A stretch of 58,854 nt of DNA from contig JADLGJ010000087.1 of assembly GCA_020849375.1 (NCBI GenBank), forward strand, positions 1 through 58,854, given 5' to 3'. Shown one piece after another: positions 33,123-42,065 of this stretch. Position numbers and translations under genes: made by a program. This DNA is from Candidatus Omnitrophota bacterium (GTDB lineage: Bacteria; Omnitrophota; Gorgyraeia; Zapsychrales; JANLHA01). Under the pieces are notes generated by a model that was not told the origin of the DNA, searched no databases, and worked only from the letters and a program-made list of their open reading frames with translations. The first letter of the stretch is position 1; the number at the start of each line of letters is the position of its first letter.

Positions 33123-34433
33123 TTATTTCTCGGCGAGTTTACGGATGGTGGGATAAGGATAAATTCCCGAGGTGTGGTTGTCATTCCAGTTGATGCCGAT
33201 CGCGTAATTGCCTAATGGCATGCATGCGGTTGGCATGATATTTTCTGCAACATGGTCTTCTTTTAGAATTAATTCCCCTGTCATTTCATTGACACATAAA
33301 GCACAGCGGCAGCTTAAGCGCAAGTCACGATTCTTTACTTTGACTTCTTCTCCATCTGGCCATTTGAAGAAAGTATAAGTGGCATCAAATTTGATCTCGG
33401 GGATTTGTTTTTGCAAGATACTGCTTTTGCCCAATGCTCGCATAGTATTGTCCACCGCGGTCATGATAAATTCATTGGCGAACGTGTCCTCGATCTTGGC
33501 GGTGAATTGCGGCAAGAGCGGGATCTCAGCAAGAATATCCAAACCGAATTTGTCTTTTAAAGACTGCTCCTCGCTGCCGCCAAAAATGTAATGTTTTTTG
33601 TCGCAATTATTGCAGAGAAAATATGACATGTTTTCAATGATCCCGAGGATCGGCACATTGACTTTTTCGAACATGAGGATCCCGCGTGCCACGTCCACGA
33701 GTGAAAGTGTTTGTCGGGTCGTCACGATGACCGCGCCGCTCAGGGCCACGGTTTGAGTGATCGTCAATTGAATGTCGCCTGTTCCGGGCGGCATGTCGAT
33801 AAAAAGATAGTCCAGCTCTCCCCACGCAGTCCCGTGCAGGATCTGGTTCACGTATTGCGTGACCATCGGCCCGCGCATGACCGCCGGTGATTCTCCGAGG
33901 AGAAAACCGAACGACATCATTTTTAAATTTTGGAATTCGACGGGGATAAAATGACGGTTTTTATTGGCAAAGATTTCGACATTGTGCATGTCGAACAAGG
34001 CCGGAACGGACGGCCCATGAATATCGGTGTCAACGAGCCCGACCTTAAACCCGCGGCGTGCCAGTTCCAGCGCCAGATGTGCGGCCATGGTGGACTTTCC
34101 CACTCCGCCTTTGCAGGATGAAACGGCAATGATGGATTTGACGTCCTTGAGAGTGGATGCCGCTCCTTGCGCGCCAGCGGCCGTTTTTCGGGCCAGCGTC
34201 GTCATTTTGATCGAAACATTTTTAACGCCACTGAGACCTTTGACGAGTGTTTCCGCTTGTTTTTGAAACTCATCTTTGACCGGGCAGGCCGGCGTGGTGA
34301 GCGCGATATCAAAAGAAACATCCCCACCATTGATCTTGAGATTTTGCACAAATCCCAAGCTTACAATATCGCGGTTAAAATCGGGATCAATGATTTTCGA
34401 TAAAGCTCCAAGGATTTCTTTGTCATTAGGCAT
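33123..34433 (-). CDS. apbC: Mrp/NBP35/ApbC Fe-S cluster carrier ATPase with N-terminal DUF59 and C-terminal DUF971 (HCF101-type architecture)
   Basis: The DUF59 region is ALSKIIDPDFNRDIVSLGFV. The deviant Walker A is SCKGGVGKST, and a CNNC motif is present. The C-terminal LSCRCALCVNEMTG...GNYAIGINWNDNHTSGIYPY matches DUF971. Confidence 0.9.
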   Translation of the reverse strand: MPNDKEILGALSKIIDPDFNRDIVSLGFVQNLKINGGDVSFDIALTTPACPVKDEFQKQAETLVKGLSGVKNVSIKMTTLARKTAAGAQGAASTLKDVKSIIAVSSCKGGVGKSTMAAHLALELARRGFKVGLVDTDIHGPSVPALFDMHNVEIFANKNRHFIPVEFQNLKMMSFGFLLGESPAVMRGPMVTQYVNQILHGTAWGELDYLFIDMPPGTGDIQLTITQTVALSGAVIVTTRQTLSLVDVARGILMFEKVNVPILGIIENMSYFLCNNCDKKHYIFGGSEEQSLKDKFGLDILAEIPLLPQFTAKIEDTFANEFIMTAVDNTMRALGKSSILQKQIPEIKFDATYTFFKWPDGEEVKVKNRDLRLSCRCALCVNEMTGELILKEDHVAENIMPTACMPLGNYAIGINWNDNHTSGIYPYPTIRKLAEK

Positions 34434-34535
34434 GCGCAGAATATAAAGGATTTTTTTCGTTAAAACAAGTAAAATATCGGCATCTCCCGAGGGTGATGTA
34501 TTCCATCCCCCCTACCCGGAGTCAATAAAATCTAC

Positions 34536-34564
34536 TTGCATTTTGGGGCCTCTTTATGTATTAT
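34536..34564 (+). promoter_or_regulatory. candidate sigma70-type promoter of ilvBN
   Basis: TTGCAT (34536..34541) is followed by a 17-nt spacer and TATTAT (34559..34564), about 50 nt upstream of the ilvB ATG. This is pattern only. Confidence 0.35.
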
Positions 34565-34615
34565 TAAAACTCGTTGTTTTTGTTAAATGCAGCATTACCA
34601 AAGCTTACAAACCCT

Positions 34616-36355
34616 ATGACTAAGAATAAAAAACCGATCGCACCCAAGAAATCATTGACCGGCGCCGAAGCTCTTATTAAATGCCTGGAATCATATGGCG
34701 TGGAGTATGTCTTTGGCCTTTCCGGCGGGGCCGCCATCCCTATTTTTGACGCGCTCGTCGGTTCGAAAATTAAACTTATTTTGACTCGCCATGAACAAGG
34801 TGCGACCCACATGGCTGACGGTTATGCCCGTGCCACCGGTAAACCAGGCGTGGTGCTTGTGACCAGCGGCCCCGGTGCGACCAACACCGTGACCGGGATC
34901 TTGACCGCCATGATGGATTCGGTGCCGATGATCGTTTTGACCGGACAGACCATCCGTTCGATGTTGGGGAAAGATGCTTTCCAGGAAGCTGATATCTCCG
35001 GCATTACAATGCCGATCGTCAAGCACAGCTATTTGGTGAAAGAAACCAACGATATTCCCCGTGTTATTAAAGAAGCTTTTCATATCACAAATACCGGCCG
35101 TCCCGGGCCTGTCTTGATCGATCTTCCGAAAGATGTGACTTCTGGGCCATTTACCGGCGAGTCTTTGGACCCGGCGATGGATATTCCCGGCTATCATGTG
35201 CCTCCGAAACCAAGTGCCACGGAGATCAAGAAATTTGCTAAACTTTTTAAAGGGGCCAAGAAACCTTTACTCTTGATCGGTCATGGGGCGGTTATTTCCC
35301 GCGCCAGCAAAGCGATCATTGCCCTGGCAGAAAAACTGAACGCGCCCGTCACCAATACCCTTTTAGGTAAAGGTTCGTTTCCTGAAACGCATAAGTTATC
35401 GCTCGGGATGCTCGGGATGCACGGGACCGCTTATGCGAATAAAGCCCTCGTCAATTGCGACCTTATCTGTTCGATCGGGTCCCGCTGGGATGACCGTATC
35501 AATGGGAATAATGACGAATTTTGTATCGGCGCTAAAAAACTTCACATTGACATTGATCCTGCGGAAATCGGTAAGATCGTGAAACCGGACGCCAGCCTCA
35601 TTGGTGATGCCCGTCAGATCGTGGAAGAACTTGTGAAGTTGGTCGAGCCGCTAGAAACGACCGAATGGCAAAAAGAATTAAATTATTACAAAAAAGAATT
35701 CCCGCTCAAATATAAGACCGATAAAGGGCTTACCGCTCAACAGGTTTTAGATGAACTTTATAAGGTGACCAAAGGCGATGCCATTGTGACCACCGACGTG
35801 GGCCAGCATCAAATGTGGGCCGCGCAATTCTATTTGACAAATGATGGCGACAAATGGCTTTCTTCCGGCGGTGCTGGAACGATGGGCTATGGCTTCCCGT
35901 CCGCGATCGGTGCACAATTCGGGAAACCCAATGAGCTGGTCGTTGCGATCGTGGGCGACGGCGGCTTCCAAATGACCTTGTGTGAATTATCTACGATCTT
36001 TGTGCATAAGCTCCCGGTTAAGATCCTGGTCATTGATAATAAATATCTGGGTATGGTGCGCCAATGGCAGGAACTCTTTTTCGACAACCGTTATTCCGGG
36101 GTTGACCTTGAGGGTAATCCCGATTTTGTGAAGTTAGCGGAAGCTTACGGCATTAAGGGCTTCCATGTTGATAAAGTCGAGAATGTGACTAAAGTTTTAA
36201 GCGAAGCCATGGCGTATAAAGGCCCGGCTCTTATTCACGCGGAAGTCATCAAAGAGGACAATGTGTTCCCGATGGTGCCGGCCGGTAAAAGCGCTTATCA
36301 CATGATCATTGAAGCTCCGACTACAAAATTAGAAAAACCGACGGGAAGTACTTAA
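34616..36355 (+). CDS. ilvB: acetolactate synthase (biosynthetic) large subunit
   Basis: The start is the ATG at 34616. The product contains LTGAEALIKCLE..GVEYVFG.SGGA, HEQGA.HMADGYAR and the ThDP motif GDGGFQMT...NN. Its length is about 579 aa. Confidence 0.9.
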   Translation: MTKNKKPIAPKKSLTGAEALIKCLESYGVEYVFGLSGGAAIPIFDALVGSKIKLILTRHEQGATHMADGYARATGKPGVVLVTSGPGATNTVTGILTAMMDSVPMIVLTGQTIRSMLGKDAFQEADISGITMPIVKHSYLVKETNDIPRVIKEAFHITNTGRPGPVLIDLPKDVTSGPFTGESLDPAMDIPGYHVPPKPSATEIKKFAKLFKGAKKPLLLIGHGAVISRASKAIIALAEKLNAPVTNTLLGKGSFPETHKLSLGMLGMHGTAYANKALVNCDLICSIGSRWDDRINGNNDEFCIGAKKLHIDIDPAEIGKIVKPDASLIGDARQIVEELVKLVEPLETTEWQKELNYYKKEFPLKYKTDKGLTAQQVLDELYKVTKGDAIVTTDVGQHQMWAAQFYLTNDGDKWLSSGGAGTMGYGFPSAIGAQFGKPNELVVAIVGDGGFQMTLCELSTIFVHKLPVKILVIDNKYLGMVRQWQELFFDNRYSGVDLEGNPDFVKLAEAYGIKGFHVDKVENVTKVLSEAMAYKGPALIHAEVIKEDNVFPMVPAGKSAYHMIIEAPTTKLEKPTGST

Positions 36356-36356
36356 T

Positions 36357-36869
36357 ATGTCTACGCCTATTCAACCCAAGAAGAATGTTCATACGATCAG
36401 CTTGCTGGTCGCTAATAAGCCCGGTGTTCTGGTGCGCATCGCTTTAATGTTCGCCCGCCGAAGCTACAATATTGATTCGCTTGTGGTCTCCCCTTCGTTC
36501 AATGAAAAGTTTTCCCGGATGACGATCACCGCTCAAGGTGATCTTCAGACTTTGGAGCAGATCATTAAGCAAGCGAATAAACTCATTGATGTCATTCATG
36601 CCAGCGAGCACAACAATGCTGACGCGGTGCATAATGAGCTGGCTTTGATGAAGATCAAATTTACGCCTGCCAATAAACCGATCATCTTGAAATTGCTCAA
36701 GAAATCCAATGCGTCCGTGATCGATACGACCGGGAATATTATGGTCATTTCGCAAGCTGGAACGACACCCGAATTGGATGAGCTTGAAGCCGCACTCAAG
36801 AAATACCATCTCATCGAAATGGTCCGCACCGGCAAGGTTGCCATGGCCCGCGGACATGATGAAACTTAA
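36357..36869 (+). CDS. ilvN: acetolactate synthase small (regulatory, ACT domain) subunit
   Basis: The 170-aa product contains HTISLLVANKPGVLVRIALMFARRSYNIDSLVV and QIIKQANKLIDV. Confidence 0.9.
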   Translation: MSTPIQPKKNVHTISLLVANKPGVLVRIALMFARRSYNIDSLVVSPSFNEKFSRMTITAQGDLQTLEQIIKQANKLIDVIHASEHNNADAVHNELALMKIKFTPANKPIILKLLKKSNASVIDTTGNIMVISQAGTTPELDELEAALKKYHLIEMVRTGKVAMARGHDET

Positions 36870-36879
36870 TTTTTAGGAA

Positions 36880-37317
36880 CTATTGTTGCTGTTGTTGTGA
36901 TTGTTGCTTATCGCCGAGGCTGCAAGGAAGGATTTTTGGCATTTCTTTAGGCGGCAGGACAATTTCAGCTATTTCTATCCCCTGGTCAGTATGCGCGATC
37001 GACGTGATCTGGCATCGTTCAAAATCGATCCCTTCTTCTTGTCTTCCCTGATATTGTGCGATCGCGGCCCGAAGGGCATCCCATTCCAAGTGAAGGACAA
37101 ATTTAGCTTCGTCGTCGGTGAGATTAAGGTCGGTTACGGCTTGCATATAAGGCAATGCAAGGATATCGTCGAGGGTCTTGCCTTTGAGGTATTTAGAAAA
37201 GGCTGTTTCGGCCGTGATCTCGCGTCCGCAGGTGATTTTCGCGAATTGAAAAGTGACGAACCGTTCCTCGTGATCAAGTTTTATAAAAATACTGGATGAG
37301 GAGTCGGAACAGGGCAT
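36880..37317 (-). CDS. divergent, N-terminally short IscU/NifU-N-like protein with poly-Gln tail
   Basis: The 145-aa ORF starts 1 nt after the nrdB stop. It aligns by eye to E. coli IscU: FAKITCGREITAETAFSKYLKGKTLDD ~ [27 protein letters not shown], and LEWDALRAAIAQY ~ LAEDAIKAAIADY. See findings. Confidence 0.5.
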   Translation of the reverse strand: MPCSDSSSSIFIKLDHEERFVTFQFAKITCGREITAETAFSKYLKGKTLDDILALPYMQAVTDLNLTDDEAKFVLHLEWDALRAAIAQYQGRQEEGIDFERCQITSIAHTDQGIEIAEIVLPPKEMPKILPCSLGDKQQSQQQQQ

Positions 37318-37318
37318 A

Positions 37319-38365
37319 TTACCACTCTAAAGCCCCACCCGTTTGATATTCGGTCACGCGGGTTTCGAAGAAATTCTTTTCTTTCTTAAGGTCAATGGCT
37401 TCGCTCATCCACGGGAATGGATTTTCGCTGTGATATTGCTCCGGCAAGCCGAGGCGTTTGAAGCGGCGGTCGGCGATATATTGCACGTATTCCTTAAGAA
37501 GTGCCGGGTTTAACCCTAATATCCCGCCTTTTAACAAGTCTTGGCAGTACTTGTGCTCAAGTTCAACGGCATTCTTGATGAATTCGATAATTTCCACTTC
37601 AAAGTTTTTGTCCCAGACGTTCGGGTTCTCTTCGCGGATGGTGTTGATCAGGTCGATCCCGAAATTCATATGGATGCTTTCATCACGGAGGATGTATTGG
37701 ATCTGCTCACAAGTCCCTGGAATGCGGTTCTGCCTTCCGAAAGATAACATCGTGACGAACCCGCCGTAAAAGAAGATCCCTTCCGTTATGACATACAGCC
37801 CGACCATGTTTTTAAGTAGTGTTTGCAAACCTTGCTTGGTATGAGTGTCCAAGTTGGGGTCTAAAACGCTGTTCGTGCAGCTCATCGCATATTGGTCTTT
37901 GTTAAAGATCGTTTCGACTTCCCGGTACATGTTGAACATTTCCCCTTCATCCAGGGACAGTGATTGCACGATGTACTGGAAAGCATGAATATGGATCGCT
38001 TCTTCAAATGCCTGTCTTAAGAGATATTGGCGGGCTTCAGGATTATCGACGCAGCGGTAAACGGCTAAGACAAGATTGTTCCCGACGAGAGATTCCGCGG
38101 TCGCGAAGAAACCTAAAACGCGCTTGATCACGTAGCGTTCATCATCGGTAAAACCCTTGGGGTCCTTCCATTGTTCAATATCGCGCTGCATGGAAACTTC
38201 GGTCGGCATCCAGTGATTTGCACAGCCGTCAAGGTAATAGTTCCATGCGAAGCGGTATTTGATCGGGACGAGCTGGTTGCAGTCGACGGTGCGGTCATTG
38301 TTAATGATCCGTTTTTTGTCAACGGTCATGCGTTCTTTGTTCATGCAAATGCTAAGGTCAGACAT
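37319..38365 (-). CDS. nrdB: ribonucleotide reductase small subunit, class Ic type (R2c; Phe at the radical-Tyr position)
   Basis: The start is the ATG at 38365. [68 protein letters not shown] and the C-terminal [21 protein letters not shown] closely resemble my memory of Chlamydia trachomatis R2. The codon at 37979..37981 is TTC (Phe), where class Ia has the radical Tyr. Confidence 0.9.
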   Translation of the reverse strand: MSDLSICMNKERMTVDKKRIINNDRTVDCNQLVPIKYRFAWNYYLDGCANHWMPTEVSMQRDIEQWKDPKGFTDDERYVIKRVLGFFATAESLVGNNLVLAVYRCVDNPEARQYLLRQAFEEAIHIHAFQYIVQSLSLDEGEMFNMYREVETIFNKDQYAMSCTNSVLDPNLDTHTKQGLQTLLKNMVGLYVITEGIFFYGGFVTMLSFGRQNRIPGTCEQIQYILRDESIHMNFGIDLINTIREENPNVWDKNFEVEIIEFIKNAVELEHKYCQDLLKGGILGLNPALLKEYVQYIADRRFKRLGLPEQYHSENPFPWMSEAIDLKKEKNFFETRVTEYQTGGALEW

Positions 38366-38387
38366 AGGAAATTCCTTTTTGATGAAT

Positions 38388-38582
38388 TTAAGCTTTAGGG
38401 TTTTTTGAGTTCTGAATAACACCAAATAAATTGTCTTGGGAACGGCGGTTGATCTCCCGTTCAATGCTACGGACGCGATAGCGGAATGTCCCCAACAAAG
38501 CCCTCAACTGTTCAATGTCGAGCTTTTGGAGTTCTTCGTCCTTAATGTTGAGAATATCTTTTAAGGCTTTGAGTTCGATCAT
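38388..38582 (-). CDS. hypothetical 64-aa ORF filling the nrdA-nrdB spacer
   Basis: The ORF occupies most of the 226-nt spacer. The product looks helical and charged (..[34 protein letters not shown]..). It has no convincing SD and no homology that I recognise. Confidence 0.3.
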   Translation of the reverse strand: MIELKALKDILNIKDEELQKLDIEQLRALLGTFRYRVRSIEREINRRSQDNLFGVIQNSKNPKA

Positions 38583-38591
38583 AAAATGAAC

Positions 38592-41500
38592 CTATTGGCA
38601 GGCTTCGCAATCTTCTTTTGGCTCAACGCTAAGGGGTTTACTCGTTGCCGTTGCCGGTGCGGCTTCGGGAGCAGCGGCCGCAGGAGCTTCGGGTTGTTGT
38701 TCCGCCGTCGGCAGATCATCTTCACGGCGTCGTCTCCCCACAATGTTCCCAACATATTTTGAGTTGGTGATATCGAGCGTACTCTTTTCAATGCGGGTCG
38801 CCCCCATTGAGCGTAAATAATACGTTGTCTTTAAGCCTTTTTCCCAAGCCTGCATATACATATCACTGACCTTTTGGCCGTTGGGTTTGGCTTGATAAAG
38901 GTTAAGGGATTGGCCCATGTCGATCCATTTTTGACGGCGGCTGGCGCTTTCAATGACCCACTCATATTCCACTTCAAAAGCGGTCGCATATTTTTGCTTC
39001 AGATCGGAAGGAATACGGGCGATCTCTTGAATACTACCGTCGAAATACTTCAGGTCATCGATCATTTCTTTGTCCCAGAGGCTGAGTTTCTTTAAGTCTT
39101 CAACGAGGAATTCATTGACGACGGTAAATTCGCCGGACAAATTGCTCTTAACAAAGATGTTCTTGTAAAGCGGTTCAACGGATGACGTGACACCGATGAT
39201 GTTCGCGATCGTTGCGGTCGGCGCGATGGCCATGACATTGCTGTTGCGCATACCGAATTTTTTTACGGCATCACGGACCGGTTGCCAATCCATGCGGGCA
39301 CTGCGGTCAACTTTAAGGAACCCGCCGCGTTCTTTTTCTAAAAGGTCAATGGTATCCAACGGCAATAAACCGCGGTCCCACTTTGATCCTTTATATGACG
39401 AGTATGGGCCGCGTTCTTTGGCCAATTCGACCGAACCCAAGATCGCGTAATACGAGATCGCTTCCATACTGTAATCGCTGAAATCAACAGCCTGTTGCGA
39501 TGCATAACTTAGGTTTTGGATCCAAAGCGCATCTTGAAAACCCATGATGCCCATCCCGACCGGACGATGGCGCTGATTAGCGGTTTTCGCTTCAGGAGTT
39601 GGGTAATAGTTAATATCAATAACGTTGTCGAGCATACGGACAGCAATGCGGATCGTTTCCTGCAGTTTTGGCAGGTCGAGGCCTTCCGGCGTGGTGTGCG
39701 CCGCAAGGTTGATCGATCCCAGATTACAAACCGCGGTTTCGTCTTTCGAAGTATTCAAAAGGATCTCGGTGCAAAGGTTCGAGCTGTGTACGACCCCCAC
39801 GTGGTCTTGTGGTGAGCGGATGTTTGAAGGATCCTTCCATGTCATCCACGGATGCCCAGTTTCAAAAAGCATGCTCAACATTTTGCGCCACAATTGAATG
39901 GCTGGCATCTCTTTGTAGATCTTCATTTGGCCGCTTCTGCCAAGGCGTTCGTATTCATTGTAACGCTTTTCAAACGCGCTGCCGCAGAGGTGATGAAGGT
40001 CAGGCGCTTCGTTCGGGCTGAATAATGACCAATTCGCATTCGCCTTCACTCTTTTCATGAAAAGGTCCGGGATCCAATTTGCCGTATGCATGTCGTGAGT
40101 ACGGCGGCGGTCGTCCCCGGTATTCTTGCGTAATTCGAGAAATTCTTCAATGTCATGGTGCCAAACTTCGAGATAGGCACACATCGCCCCTTGGCGTTTG
40201 CCGCCTTGATTGACCGCGATCGCGGTGTCGTTGGCAACCTTTAAGAATGGGATAACCCCTTGGCTCTTGCCGTTGGTGCCCTTGATCCGTGCGCCCATGG
40301 AACGGACATTGGTCCAGTCGTTGCCAAGCCCGCCGCTCCATTTTGAAAGCATCGCATCGTCTTGGATGCATTTGAAAATGTGCATGAGGTCGTCTTCGAC
40401 CGTTGTTAGAAAGCAGGACGATAATTGTGCATGCAAAGTCCCGGAGTTGAATAGTGTCGGTGTGGACGAGATAAAACTAAAGGTTGAAAGGACATGGTAG
40501 AACTCGAGGGCGCATTGGTTTTTTTGGGCGCCTTCATCTTGTGCTAGGCCCATGGCTACGCGCATCCAGAAAATTTGCGGCAATTCTAAACGTTGCCCGT
40601 CGGAATGGATAAAGTAGCGGTCATACAGCGTTTGCAGCCCCATGTAGCGAAACAAGAAATCACGCTTGGGTTGTAACGCTTTTCCTAAAAATTCTAAGTC
40701 GAACTCTAAGAGCGACGGACTTAACAGTTCGAGGTCAACGGCTTTTTTTATAAAATCTTTAAAATAGCGCGGATATTCCATTTTGATCGCTTCAAAACTG
40801 ACTTCTTTGCTTAACGTTTCACGGTAAAGCTTGAGGAGCAAGAGCCGGGCAGCGGCAAAGGAATAATTCGGTTCGACTTCGAGGAAAGATTTGGCGGCCA
40901 TGATGTTGGCGATCGCCATTTTTTCTTCGGTGATCCCGCTGTAATAATTTTTGACCGCTTCGAAAAGGATCTTGTTCGTTGAAACATTTTCCAAGCCCTG
41001 GCAGCACGTATCAATGGTGAAGCGGAATTCGTCGATATTGAAAGGTCGTTCTGTCCCGTCGGCTTTTTTAACATTGATCTTTTTGACCCATTCGAGAGTG
41101 ACGCCGAGGTCGCCGAGTTTGTCCTGGCGGGCTTTGGCACGGTCTTCACGGTAAAGGATGTAGCGTTTGGCGATGTCATGCAGATCGAACTTCATCAAAG
41201 CTTTTTCGACCAAGTCCTGGATCTCTTCGATGTGCAGCGCTTTGCCTTGGGGCCATTGGCGATGGATCTCGCTGACAACTTCAGCGGCGACATTATTTGC
41301 TTGTTTTAAAAGAGCTCCGGTCAAGTGGCCGTTGTTATGGGCGGCCAAAGCTTTTGCAACAGCGGCAGCGATCTTTTCGGGTTTGAAGGACACGACCCGG
41401 CCGTCACGTTTGATCGATGAGTAAATGTCGAGACTTGCGCGTCTTGCGGCACGTTCTTTACGGTAATTAGTGTAAATTTCAGCAACGTCTTTGTAGCCGT

Positions 41501-41777
41501 TCTCATAAAGCTGGCGGATAGCGTCATCTTGGATCTCTTCAACGGTGACGGTGGCGCCATTATTGAATTTTTCCAATAAAACGGAAAAAACGCCGTTGCT
41601 GACTTTTTCAACGTCTTCAAGGACAAGCTCCGGCAATTGTGCTTCACGCGGCAGATGATGGTATTGCTTGAAAGCATTCGCGATCGCATTGGTAATGCGG
41701 TCGGGGTTGAATGAAACGAGTTGGCCGGTGCGTTTTTGAACTTTGCGGTCGGAGCTGATCAGGATTTCTTTTGACAT
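38592..41777 (-). CDS. nrdA: ribonucleoside-diphosphate reductase large subunit with three N-terminal ATP-cone repeats
   Basis: The 1061-aa product has three ATP-cone-like starts: VQKRTGQLVSFNPDRITNAI, IKRDGRVVSFKPEKIAAAV and VKKADGTERPFNIDEF. The catalytic core contains NLCTEI and the C-terminal redox pair is CEAC. Confidence 0.95.
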   Translation of the reverse strand: MSKEILISSDRKVQKRTGQLVSFNPDRITNAIANAFKQYHHLPREAQLPELVLEDVEKVSNGVFSVLLEKFNNGATVTVEEIQDDAIRQLYENGYKDVAEIYTNYRKERAARRASLDIYSSIKRDGRVVSFKPEKIAAAVAKALAAHNNGHLTGALLKQANNVAAEVVSEIHRQWPQGKALHIEEIQDLVEKALMKFDLHDIAKRYILYREDRAKARQDKLGDLGVTLEWVKKINVKKADGTERPFNIDEFRFTIDTCCQGLENVSTNKILFEAVKNYYSGITEEKMAIANIMAAKSFLEVEPNYSFAAARLLLLKLYRETLSKEVSFEAIKMEYPRYFKDFIKKAVDLELLSPSLLEFDLEFLGKALQPKRDFLFRYMGLQTLYDRYFIHSDGQRLELPQIFWMRVAMGLAQDEGAQKNQCALEFYHVLSTFSFISSTPTLFNSGTLHAQLSSCFLTTVEDDLMHIFKCIQDDAMLSKWSGGLGNDWTNVRSMGARIKGTNGKSQGVIPFLKVANDTAIAVNQGGKRQGAMCAYLEVWHHDIEEFLELRKNTGDDRRRTHDMHTANWIPDLFMKRVKANANWSLFSPNEAPDLHHLCGSAFEKRYNEYERLGRSGQMKIYKEMPAIQLWRKMLSMLFETGHPWMTWKDPSNIRSPQDHVGVVHSSNLCTEILLNTSKDETAVCNLGSINLAAHTTPEGLDLPKLQETIRIAVRMLDNVIDINYYPTPEAKTANQRHRPVGMGIMGFQDALWIQNLSYASQQAVDFSDYSMEAISYYAILGSVELAKERGPYSSYKGSKWDRGLLPLDTIDLLEKERGGFLKVDRSARMDWQPVRDAVKKFGMRNSNVMAIAPTATIANIIGVTSSVEPLYKNIFVKSNLSGEFTVVNEFLVEDLKKLSLWDKEMIDDLKYFDGSIQEIARIPSDLKQKYATAFEVEYEWVIESASRRQKWIDMGQSLNLYQAKPNGQKVSDMYMQAWEKGLKTTYYLRSMGATRIEKSTLDITNSKYVGNIVGRRRREDDLPTAEQQPEAPAAAAPEAAPATATSKPLSVEPKEDCEACQ

Positions 41778-41933
41778 GGGGTAACTTCTCCTTCTTTGAA
41801 ACTACAGAGCGGTAATTTTGAGTGTGCTTTTCCTATTTTTAGAGACAAAAACTCCTTGGGGGCGTAGCAAATTCTTTAGGTTTTTTGGTTGATGAAAATC
41901 AGGGTTGATGCGAAATTTTTCATGAGGAGAGCA

Positions 41934-42001
41934 ATACCATATATCGAAACTTAGTTAATGACAGCCACTAGATATAGTATATTATGTAAAACTTTTGTCA
42001 A
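41934..42001 (-). promoter_or_regulatory. tandem NrdR-box-like operators overlapping a candidate nrdA promoter
   Basis: Box 1 is ATACCATATATCGAAA (41934..41949) and box 2 is CCACTAGATATAGTAT (41965..41980). Their starts are 31 nt apart. Both resemble the acaCwAtATaTwGtgt consensus. On the minus strand TTGACA (42001..41996) is followed by 16 nt and TACTAT (41979..41974), so the -10 lies inside box 2. Confidence 0.5.
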
Positions 42002-42065
42002 CGGTTATTTTAAAAAATATGTCTAAATTTTCCTCCCGACGGGAGCCTAACGGCCGGCGAGAAAT

